A stretch of 37,581 nucleotides of DNA, taken from Salisapilia sapeloensis CBS 127946 (Eukaryota > Protista > Oomycota). The translations under genes were made by a program, and so were the position numbers. Numbering within the stretch: position 1 is the first letter of the stretch; the number at the start of each line of letters is the position of its first letter. Shown piece by piece: positions 1-9,730 of the stretch. The stretch lies in NCBI GenBank assembly GCA_023334545.1, contig JAADVB010000188.1, positions 1-37,581 on the forward strand, in the 5' to 3' direction. A model generated the notes under the pieces. The model made no database searches. It worked only from the letters and a program-made list of their open reading frames with translations, and was not told the origin of the DNA.

Positions 1-177
1 ACGACAATTCACACGCAAATGGTACCGGAAGCAGTGGAAGTCCGTCCAATACGCAGCCGCTGCCCCGACGATGCCTTTGCGATGGCAGAGACTCAGCCAA
101 GTGACGGCACGACGGTGTGGTACCAACGAGATTACTGGAAGACTAAGTATGGCATGAACGATACGCTATTGCAGTAG
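1..177 (+). CDS. Possible 3' end of an upstream gene (product unknown)
   Basis: Frame 1 is open from the window start to TAG at 175-177 (...DGTTVWYQRDYWKTKYGMNDTLLQ*), convergent with the SDR gene. Frame 2 is also open for about 50 codons, so the frame is uncertain. Confidence 0.3.
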   Translation, partial: TTIHTQMVPEAVEVRPIRSRCPDDAFAMAETQPSDGTTVWYQRDYWKTKYGMNDTLLQ

Positions 178-318
178 CTCTTGGCATTTTTGTAGAGACA
201 AACAGGAATGTACAAACTTGCTACTATTCAGCAATCCTCTCTTAGTTCTATTTCCAACAACAAGAGCCCAAGATCGTGAACAGTACCTCACTTTAGAGTG
301 TAAGACGCACTTGCTCCA

Positions 319-1236
319 TTAAGCACTTTTCTCCATCTGTAGTGCGTGGGCACGCGTCTGCTTGAACGTTGACATGGATCGATGGAGGCCCATAAGACGG
401 ACAAGAAAGTGGCCGACAAATGCAGGCAGCACGTGGTACCCTGCTTCTATATACGCGAGGAACTCTGGTAACACTAGCCGATACCTGTTCTTTCGAATCG
501 CGCTTACGATTGCGTCTGCTGCATACTCTGGTTCAAGAAGTGGCACTGCGAGTGGGGCAGAGACACCTGCGAACATTCCTGTGTTCATGAAAGAAGGACA
601 GACCGTCGTCAGCTTAACGCCCGTCTTGTTCATGAAGTCCAGTTCTTGGCGCAGACTCTCCATGAAGAGCACTGCAGCACCTTTGCTCGCAGAATAGTCG
701 CACATACCTCCGCATCCGTAGACTGCAGCAAGACTGGCTATAGATACGATGTGGCCCTTATTGTGGTACAGCATGGCTGGGAGGAAGGCCTTGACAGTCC
801 AGAAATGGGACAACGCATTCACGTTCATGGTCTTTTCAATCATACTATCCTTCATTTCCAGCAATGGCTTACCACTGACGATACCTGCCAAGACACGATA
901 TAAGCACAGTACAGTATGGAAAGAGGAAAGAATCTAGTCACCTGCGTTGTTGATCAGTATATCGACCGCAATGTGTTTGCTGAGTATCGTTTCAGCCGTG
1001 GAGTAGACGAGTTCTCGGTTCGTGACGTCCACTTCATAGCCCTCGGCACTCCCACCGGTGTTGATGATTTCATCGACGACGCCCGAGACGGTCTCTTGTT
1101 TTAAGTCCCAGATGATAACGTGAGCACCGAGCTTGGCAAAGCGTAGTGCGATCAATCGTCCGATACCCATGCCCCCGCCAGTGACGAGAACTACTTGTCC
1201 TTGGACTGATTTGCCTCTTGAAAAGAAAGCGCCCAT
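319..1236 (-). CDS. Short-chain dehydrogenase/reductase, SDR16C-like (retinol dehydrogenase / 17beta-HSD11 type), 286 aa, 2 exons
   Basis: Exons 1236-942 and 884-319; 57-nt GT-AG intron at 885-941 restores NNAG-IVSGK. Contains TGGGMGIG cofactor motif, NNAG, catalytic Ser (SIASLA) and YxxxK (YSASK). ATG at 1236 is supported by an Inr-like motif at 1269-1284. Confidence 0.92.
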
Positions 1237-1268
1237 CTTGTCTGGTCTTATTGTGTGGAGGCAAAAGC

Positions 1269-1284
1269 AAATCCTGAAATGAGC
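1269..1284 (-). promoter_or_regulatory. Oomycete-type Inr+FPR core promoter element of the SDR gene
   Basis: GCTCATTTCAGGATTT on the minus strand versus consensus GCTCATTYYNCAWTTT (2 mismatches), 33 nt upstream of the ATG. Confidence 0.55.
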
Positions 1285-2582
1285 TGGAGGAGGGATCTCG
1301 GACGTGTGCACAAACGTGTTTAGAGGCACTGTAGCCATATCCAAATTGCGCATGCAGACCAGGGTTATGGCAGATTTACATCAGTGTCAAGCAGGGTTAC
1401 TGCTTGGTTGGATACGAGGCAAAGGGGATGAGCATCGATTGAAGAAAGGTGCATGAAGGCCATGACACTCGTCACACTTTGCAGAGGTCAATGCAGGTTC
1501 GTTGAATCGCAAGTGTCGACCATATGGGAGGTACCTCGACGGAGGGCGTATGAGCTTCGCTAGAATGCTCTATCTCGCTCTGCCATCCCTTCCTACGTTT
1601 CCTTCGTAGATATGCACGATATTTGTTACTGTATATGCACCAAGCGTGGGTGGGAGGCATAGTGCGTTCAAGTTGCTGCTTCTACTTCAAGTAGATCAGT
1701 GGATCTCGTGATTTCTGAAGAGATCTCGATCGGTGGCATACCAACCATCTCAACTGGACTGAAGACTTAAGCTCGTCGCGTGCGTACCAACAAATTAGAA
1801 CCTCTACTTTCATAACGCTTCCGGTAGAGCTAAAAAGATACGGCCGAGTGAGAACCTGTCTATCCAAAACGATACGTTCGGAATGGTTTTGCTCCCAGTC
1901 ATAGGCACTCAACCTGAGAAAGATGTTCCCATGGTTACATCCAGGTCTTAAAGACAACATTGGATGATTTTGTGCTGCTGGCATCGCATATCCGCCTAGC
2001 TCAACGAGCATCTATAAACAGCTAGATGTCCAAATTGTAATTTCTTGGACAAGACCGAGCAAGACACTAGAGAAGGATATTTCCACATATTCCCATCAAA
2101 TGCACTCTGTATGGAAGCTGAGCGCATGAACCTCGCTTCACTACATATCCGCTCCGATCTTCAACCGCTCTCTCTGGTATGTACCGTATATCCGGAATGC
2201 CATCAAGCATACTCTATCCAAGCTTTTACGTTATCCGATCGAGTCGTCGCCATATCGCTACATTTTGCTAGTCGTGGCATAGTAAGAGCAAGTCAGTCCC
2301 AAGAGGCTGACTGCCAAAGCAGGAGGTCGTATCCTACCTAACGATCCGACGACTAAGTCGAAAAGATGTGGCGTACGCGCCGTTTCGAGCTAGTTTAGCG
2401 CTTGGCATGCTAACAAACCATCCGCGCTTCGTCCATCTCATTGTCAGTCGTGAGTTGCGAAGCCAGAACCAGCTCCTATACTTTCGATCGCGCCAGGTGC
2501 AAACCACCCCTCATCCTTTATCCTTCCAGACTCTGGACTCATTTTAAAGCTATCAATCCTTCTCTAGTCCAGAACACTCGCC

Positions 2583-4802
2583 ATGGGCTTATCCTCGGAC
2601 GCGCTTAGTAACGGCATCGCTCGAATCCGTATGGATAGTATTTGGGAGGACCCGTCGGAGCCCATGGAGATCGGTGTCACGAACACGACGGTTTTCTCCT
2701 CTTCCAAGTCCTTTGACACTGCCAACGTGCTCTACGAAGTCACACTCCACTTTCCACGGCGGAGTAGACTATGGCGACTGCATCGTTCTCTGGAGGATTT
2801 TGCCGACATGGACACATCTCTCCGCGATCTCTTCTCGGAGGAATTTAATACGCGACACATCGAGTTCCCCACAGCTCACAAACCGATCTCGACGTGGCGG
2901 ACGAAAGCAGTAGATGTCACTGTCTTCTGGAGGCGTAGTAATAACAGTGAAAACATCCAAGCTCTGAACGAAGAGCAAGCAGACAAAGTACGTACACAGT
3001 TAAACCAGTATCTCCACCGGCTACTCGAAGTGGAGCCGGTCATCGAGCACGAAGCCTTCCAGAGCTTCGTGACGCCAATCCCAGACTCTGAGGACCGAGA
3101 CGTCGTTGGCCAACCGTCATGCGCCATGCCGAACAAACTCATGGTATCACAAAACCGATTACGCGGCAGACTGTCCGACGCTTTACTAGCTCCAGCTCTA
3201 AAAGTTCTGTCAAATCCGGAGGATCCGATCAAGTATGGCGGTGAGATCCATATCACTGCGTTCGGCGGACTGCCAGTCTCGCTTTCCACTCGAGGTGGCG
3301 TCGCGTCTTCCACGGCTGCGGCTGCCGTTGCAGTGGGCATCGCTGGTGCTGCCTTGGGTCCTATTTCGGCTGCTCTCATGACTGCTGGAGCCGTTGGCGG
3401 AGGTATCGGCAACTACCGTATGAACAAGGCTGACTATTTGACCATCCAGCGACCAAGGGTCACACCGGAGACACGTATCAACGACAAGCCGGTGTACGGA
3501 CCTCCCGATCGGACCGACCTAGAAGATGGTACGTTCCGAGTCGAAAGTGTGGGTGATTTCGCCAGTCGCAAGCGTCTACTGCGCTTTGGAGACTACTTTC
3601 GACTACGCATCGGGAGCAAAATTGTTCAAATGAAGAAGACGTCTGCATCGACCAGCGCATTAGTTGCGGTAGAAAACACAACGAACGAGTCATACGACCG
3701 TCCATCGATCTTCCGACTCGTGTCTCCGTCCAAAGAGTCTGGTCCAGTCACGCACAACTCGTATGTCTACCTCCAGGCCATCGATGACAATTCCAACAGC
3801 CATATTGTGTCCACGAACACGATTGGAGACAGGGCTTTGACGTGTGATTCCTGCGAGCTGTTTAGTTCCCCCACTGTCTTCCGAATCAACTCGCTCTCAG
3901 CTCCGTCTAGACCAGCGCCAGAGTCCACACGACCTTCCTTTAGCCTTCGTCTAGCCGTCTACAACGTGTGGCTGATGCCCAAACTCCTCAGCTCACTCAG
4001 TGCCAAGCTGTCTCCCAACGCCTTGAGGAGAGCGCAGGCCATTCCGCCTAGCTTGGAGAGATACAACCCTGACATTGTCGTGTTCTGTGAAGCCTTCTGC
4101 TCCAGCAGTCGCAAGGCGCTCGTATCTGGCATGAAAGAACGAGGCTTCTTGTACGAGACGAGAGCCATCAGTGCCGACAAGTCTCTCTTGACAATGGACG
4201 GAGGCGTTCTCGTGATGAGCAAGCATCCGATCGAAAGTGTCCACGAGCTCACGTTTGGCGACTTGTCCGCTGGAGACGACAAGTACGCTGACAAGGGCGT
4301 CGTCTACTGCAAACTGAATGTCGGTGGAGAAACCGTCCACGTGTTCGCCACGCACCTTCAGGCGTGGAACACGAACGAGTGTCGAGACGTTCGCAAGCGG
4401 CAGCTGGAACTCATGGACGCTTTTACCCAATCGATGGGTATAGCTCAGGACGAAGCAGTCGTGTTTGCTGGCGACTTTAATGTCGATGCTACGTCCGATG
4501 AGTACGCTGATATGCTGACGACGTTGGACGCAATGGATGTGCCACTTGATGATGAATCGAGCACATTCAGCTTCGATCCGCTCCGGAACGAACTGGCGAA
4601 AGCAGGACCGAGCTCGGATGGGATCCAAGAACGACTGGACTACGTTCTAGTGCCGAAAAAGTTTAGGCAGACGACAAGAGCGACGTGCCAGGTCCTGGAT
4701 CTCAAGGCAAGCAAAGACTGGAGCGTCATCGGTGACCGACCAGAAGATGGTGTGATGGACCTGTCTGATCACTTCCCAGTGCTAGCGGATCTGCACTTTT
4801 GA
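2583..4802 (+). CDS. PX domain + beta-trefoil-like module + neutral sphingomyelinase (EEP/DNase I fold) fusion protein, 739 aa
   Basis: Single ORF. PX-like N-terminus (LYEVTL..WRLHRSLEDFADMD..LNQYLHRLL..EAFQSF). C-terminal EEP catalytic motifs VYNVW, DIVVFCEAF, DGGVLVMSKHPI, DKGV, THLQA, AGDFNV, ERLDY, LSDHFPV. Confidence 0.85.
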   Translation: MGLSSDALSNGIARIRMDSIWEDPSEPMEIGVTNTTVFSSSKSFDTANVLYEVTLHFPRRSRLWRLHRSLEDFADMDTSLRDLFSEEFNTRHIEFPTAHKPISTWRTKAVDVTVFWRRSNNSENIQALNEEQADKVRTQLNQYLHRLLEVEPVIEHEAFQSFVTPIPDSEDRDVVGQPSCAMPNKLMVSQNRLRGRLSDALLAPALKVLSNPEDPIKYGGEIHITAFGGLPVSLSTRGGVASSTAAAAVAVGIAGAALGPISAALMTAGAVGGGIGNYRMNKADYLTIQRPRVTPETRINDKPVYGPPDRTDLEDGTFRVESVGDFASRKRLLRFGDYFRLRIGSKIVQMKKTSASTSALVAVENTTNESYDRPSIFRLVSPSKESGPVTHNSYVYLQAIDDNSNSHIVSTNTIGDRALTCDSCELFSSPTVFRINSLSAPSRPAPESTRPSFSLRLAVYNVWLMPKLLSSLSAKLSPNALRRAQAIPPSLERYNPDIVVFCEAFCSSSRKALVSGMKERGFLYETRAISADKSLLTMDGGVLVMSKHPIESVHELTFGDLSAGDDKYADKGVVYCKLNVGGETVHVFATHLQAWNTNECRDVRKRQLELMDAFTQSMGIAQDEAVVFAGDFNVDATSDEYADMLTTLDAMDVPLDDESSTFSFDPLRNELAKAGPSSDGIQERLDYVLVPKKFRQTTRATCQVLDLKASKDWSVIGDRPEDGVMDLSDHFPVLADLHF

Positions 4803-6001
4803 GGCAACTAGCGTAGGGCTAGCTACAACTTGAGATGCATGCACGAGATACCAGACTGCATCGTAAACGAGCAAGTACATATTTTAATGCTTAACATGGA
4901 GTGCAAGAGATAGATCATTTCAATTTCTACTGCTTCAATCATTCGCACTGTCGTGAGAAGCTCCTTTTCATCTGACCGGGCATGTCGAGAGAGACATAGT
5001 GTCCAAGAAGTATCGTTTTTCGAGCTATTGCGTTTCGACCACGCCTAGAAAACAGATAAAGCGAGGGCAACTGACCACCATCGTGACATTGAAAGTGACT
5101 TGTAGCTTTCTACCGACATAAAGCATTTCAGTGCTGTCACCGTTAAGATCGCAGTTTCTCTTGCTTCTAATGTACTGCAGGAAAGACGCGAACGATGGCA
5201 TGAAATATCGTTGCTTGTGTTTACGATGGGGAGCGATATTCAACGAAGCAGTTACTAAGAGTATCGTCGTGAGCAAGGCTGCTTCGAACGAGATGATTGT
5301 CAACTATGTTGGACGGCTTCAAGTGCAATCACAATTTTCGATGCAAGCGCGTAGATGTCCTTTTAAAAAGCTATTTCGCAGTGCTCATTCGAAGCACTAC
5401 TACTTATCCATCATGAACAATAAGGCTTTGGCCCCCATGCGAAGCGAAGGAAAGGATATGCATGTGGTAACACTAACTCTATAATGCGATTGTATCGCCA
5501 GGGGCGATTCTGAGTTGAGCATCAGCTGTAGCTACTGGCTCATCTTTGTGGCGGGAAGATCCGAATCTGAGTACACTTGCATTCCCATTCTTCAATACCT
5601 GACATATTCCCGTGGTCCATAGTCAAAGATGTGCCGATTGCATTACCATTATGGAAGTCTATCACATATTTCTATACTAGCACGTAATCGACACGCATCA
5701 GCAACCTGGATACACTTGATAAATGCACCTAGATATGTTGTCCATGCTTCGTACGATGCTGTCAGGTAGTTATCAGAAAGCGTTACATGAAAGGGAGCTT
5801 AGCTTGAAGTTCCCTCGCGTCTACATGTATTAATCAAATCTGAGTCGACTAAGTGTACACTGATCTTCCTTCCTTATGCTCGACCGATCACTTATGCAGG
5901 CATGACACAGACGTTGGCATGCCTCTACAGATGCTTAATCAGAGTACCAAGCTGTAGGATGGTGCACTTCGCACGTGATACAGACGCTCTACCGATCCAT
6001 C

Positions 6002-6017
6002 GCTCATTCTCCAAATT
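6002..6017 (+). promoter_or_regulatory. Oomycete-type Inr+FPR core promoter element of the protease gene
   Basis: GCTCATTCTCCAAATT versus consensus GCTCATTYYNCAWTTT (1 mismatch), about 50 nt upstream of ATG 6066. Confidence 0.7.
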
Positions 6018-6065
6018 GCTTGGCCAGTTACACTCGTCACCTCCAAGTTCTTCACGAAGCTAAAC

Positions 6066-7361
6066 ATGGTCAAGTCTCTGCGTACTACCTCGCTGGCACT
6101 CTTCTCCATAGCGGCGTCAATGACCGCCGCCGTGTCCGTTGCATCGACTGACAGCGATGACTTTGTGATTCCTCCAGTGAAATTGGTTCCTGCTGGCACA
6201 CGGAAAACTTTTGATGACTACAACCTCAAGACTTGTGAGCCGACTGTGTGGGAAATCAAGGACGACACGGCCATGCTCACCGAGATCCACTTTTCCGTCA
6301 TTCGAACGCCAGGTGACATCGTCATCGTGTCTGAGCTAGATGGCTCCAACCCACAGACGTTCGTAACAGAAGCACGAGGTGGCCTTACGACAGAACCTGT
6401 GCATGGAAAAGGAGCTCGAGTGGAGTTCCGACCGGCCCAGTCTGGCGGTTGCGTCGACGATAATGCCGGAGATAAATTCAACCTCGCCATTGACTACGTC
6501 GACTTCACGACAGACCCTGCTTCCCGCCTTTCAACCCAGGCGATCTGTGGCGGAAATGAGCAGGTGAACACCAACTGCCTTGTCCAAGAAGCAGAATACA
6601 CGCAATCCGAAGACAGTCAGCTCTACACGGATATTTACCGGCAAGGTCGTGCCACCCTCCGCCTTCGTCGCCTTGATCCAGAAGCAGGCTTATGGTACTA
6701 CTGCACTGCCTGGTTGTGGGGAAGTATGCTTCTCTTTATATCGTTATAGTTGTTCATGTCTAACGCATGCTTGTGCTTCCGTTTAGACGAAGGACATGTT
6801 ATTACGAATAACCACTGCATGAAGAGCCAAGAGTGGGCCGACAACACTGAACTTCAGTTCCTGGTCGAACAGGACTGTGGCGTGGATTGTGCATACGGTG
6901 ATTGCGCCTCCAAGGAAGTTCTGGCTGGCAAAGGAAACGTTACGTTCTTGGAGACAGATGAGGAGTATGACTGGGCACTCTTGCAAATCACCAACAATGC
7001 CGAATACTACAATGATGTTTATGGATACCAGCAAATCCGTGCCAAGGGACCCGAGGTCGGTGAAGAGATTTTCATCCTCGGACACCCCCACGCTGGTCCG
7101 ACAATGACTGCCATTACGGACGACCAAGCTGGTGATGAGTGGCCTGAAATCAACTCGATCGACGACGGTGTCATCCGATACAGCGTCGACACCGAAGGCG
7201 GAAGCTCTGGTTCATCCGTCCACTCCAAGGTCGACTTTAGTGTCGTTGGTCTTCACCGATTCGGAACTTGCTCTCCCATAGCAGCGAACGGCGGGACTTC
7301 TAGCAGTGTTCTAGCTGACGTGCTCTCAGCTTACTCGAGCACCAACGACGGTCTCGTATAG
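6066..7361 (+). CDS. Secreted trypsin-like (S1) serine protease, lysyl-endopeptidase-like, 410 aa, 2 exons
   Basis: Signal peptide MVKSLRTTSLALFSIAASMTAAVS. Exons 6066-6723 and 6787-7361; the 63-nt GTATGC..CTAAC..TTTAG intron restores CTAWLWGNEGHVITNNHC. Catalytic triad: His (TNNHC), Asp (YDWALL), Ser (DTEGGSSGS). Confidence 0.9.
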
Positions 7362-7639
7362 ATTCAAGTAATCGACAAGATCGCGAGTCTCGATGCACAT
7401 AGGATCGTATTGCATAATTGAAAAAATTGTTTCATGGAACCAAAAAATAGTTTGTGTCCGCTCTAAATATAGTTCTACTCAGATAGGGATACGATTAGCC
7501 TGTACTTCAACCATCGTTCCACAATCGTACCCTTATGACCGATGATGACGCATGCGTACCACTACTGAGCCACTTCTTTTAGACAGCATTTTTGTAAGGC
7601 CACGTAGACCGTTTTATTCTCAACTCCAAAATCCCGAGC

Positions 7640-9287
7640 ATGAAGTTCTGGTTGTATGCGAGCACGAGTCTTGCGACTTGCGGCGCTCTACTATGGTACA
7701 CCTACCTCACTCGACAGCAATTCTACCCGTCAGTCATCTACCTCGTCACGTCCAAGCTGAGTCTTTTGATCCTTGGCAACGCTGGCCTGGTGCTCACACT
7801 CTTGCTCGGCCGAGCTGTCAAGTCCGTCTTCTTCACCTCCTTACGAGACGCAGAAGTAGAGGTACAACTTTTTATTGATACAAGAAATATCTGCTCCTAT
7901 TCACTTGTATATGCCATAGCTATTGCATGAAAATGTGCGTTTCACCATCACCGAGACGTGTCTCGCGCTGACCATCTTTCGTGAAGAGCTCACTTTCTCC
8001 GTCATGGCGCTTTTTACGTCGCTAGTGTTCCTGAAGGCCTTCCATTGGATCGCCCACTCCCGTATAGAGTTCATCGAGCAGTCAGATATCATTCCTCGAG
8101 CGACACACGTGCGCCTCGTGTCACTCATGACGCTCTTAGCGTGCATCGACATGACCTTCGTGCTGTCCTGCAGCAACTCTGTTCTGGAGTCTGGTCCGTC
8201 CGTGCTCTTGCTCTTTGGCTTTGAATTCCTCATCATGTTCGTGACGATTATCACTGTCTTTTTACGCTACGTCCTGCTGGTCATCGACCTCCGGATGGAA
8301 AACGCTTGGACGAACAAATTCACCTACCTCTTCTACCTCGACCTCATCTCCGAGACAGTGAAGCTAGTCGTCTACCTCGTCTTCTTCCTCCTCATCTTCT
8401 CTTACTACGGACTGCCTCTCCACCTCGTCCGAGACCTGTGGCTAAGTGTCAAGGGTTTACAACAACGTCTTGCCTCGTACTATCGCTACCGACAGATCAC
8501 ACAGAACCTCCAACAGCGTTTCGTTAGTCCAACTGAAGAAGAGTTGGAGCAGTCGGACCGTACATGCATCATCTGTCGAGAAGAGATGGAAGCGACGTCG
8601 TCTAAGAAACTCCCGTGTGACCACATTTTCCACATCCACTGTCTTAAAATGTGGGTCCAGAGGCAGCAAACCTGTCCGACGTGTCGGACCATGATCCCCA
8701 CGAACCCAAGGCCTCCGACACCTCCTACAGCACAACCACAGCCACAGCCACATGCTCCATACCAGGCTCCACCACAGGGACAAGCACAGGGACAACCGCA
8801 GGCTCAGCCGACCGTACCTCTTCACCCGAATACTACGCATGTACCTCCACTTCACGATGTGGAGAGTGTGCGGAGGCAGATTGAGTTCGTCCAGGCACAG
8901 CTGGCTGCAGTCCAAGCGGCGATGCCTGCGCATTTCCAGGCAGGACAGAACATGTTCCCGATGCAGTTTCCAACAGTTCCAACGACGATGAACCCGACTC
9001 CAACGACCCAGACTCCGACAGGTCAGACTACGATGACTCCGACGCCAAGTCCAACTCGTACGCCAAACACAGCCGAGAGCCAGGACAACAATGAAGAGCT
9101 GGAGGAAAAGGAAGCTCCAGACGAATCAAGTGATTCTGTGCAGGAGACGAAAGAAGAGAAACCGGAAGAGAAAGAAATTCCGCGGGCTAAGACGGAGGCG
9201 GAGGAACGGAGGGAAGAGCTCCGACGCCGGTACACACGTATCTATGGTAACTTGGAGAACAGGGGAGAAGAAAAAGAGGAGAGTTAA
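7640..9287 (+). CDS. HRD1: ERAD E3 ubiquitin ligase HRD1/synoviolin, 529 aa, 2 exons
   Basis: Exons 7640-7861 and 7920-9287 (58-nt intron). Multi-TM N-terminus with LRDAEVE-LLHE..TITETCLALTIFRE and LKAFHW. RING-H2 CIICREEM..LPCDHIFHIHCLKMWVQRQQTCPTCR. P/Q-rich tail. Confidence 0.95.
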
Positions 9288-9730
9288 ATGCAAATGATAA
9301 ACGTATATTGAAATCTCCCTCGGTAAATCTGTACTGAATCTTCACTTTAGGTCAGATAGAGCTAATATATGTTGTTCGTCATCGGGAAAGCTACGAGGTC
9401 TACGGATGCGATGTTGCTGCCGAGCGCAATCTCAACCATAGATACCTATCTAGACTACTGGACAAACGAAGGTTTGTAGGTGCTCAGTATGAGTAGGAGT
9501 AAATCGATATTCATCAACTAGATCAGCAAAGTTCATCTTCATTGCACCAAAGTCGTAGGGACTACTCGTCGTCTTGCAGAATGAGCTTATATGGAAACCT
9601 TTGCTACATGAAACGACTGGTTGAGAATTTAAAATACAGGATTGGTTGTAAATACTGGAGAATGAACTGGATTGGTGCATAATGACATGCGAGCTTGAAA
9701 GGGTGCAGCGACTTCAACATCTGGGAAGAC

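Noticed and set aside
1-177. W..xxYWK ending reminiscent of oxysterol-binding protein C-termini
   Set aside because: Too short, and the frame is ambiguous.
5025-5303. Minus-strand ORF with a signal-peptide-like start followed by a basic RKHKQR patch (effector-like)
   Set aside because: It starts at TTG rather than ATG, has no RxLR-dEER motif, and has no supporting promoter or splice signal.
8720-9070. Repeats in HRD1 (CAGCCA, CAGGGACAA, ACTCCGAC)
   Set aside because: Ordinary coding low-complexity P/Q/T tracts, typical of HRD1 tails.
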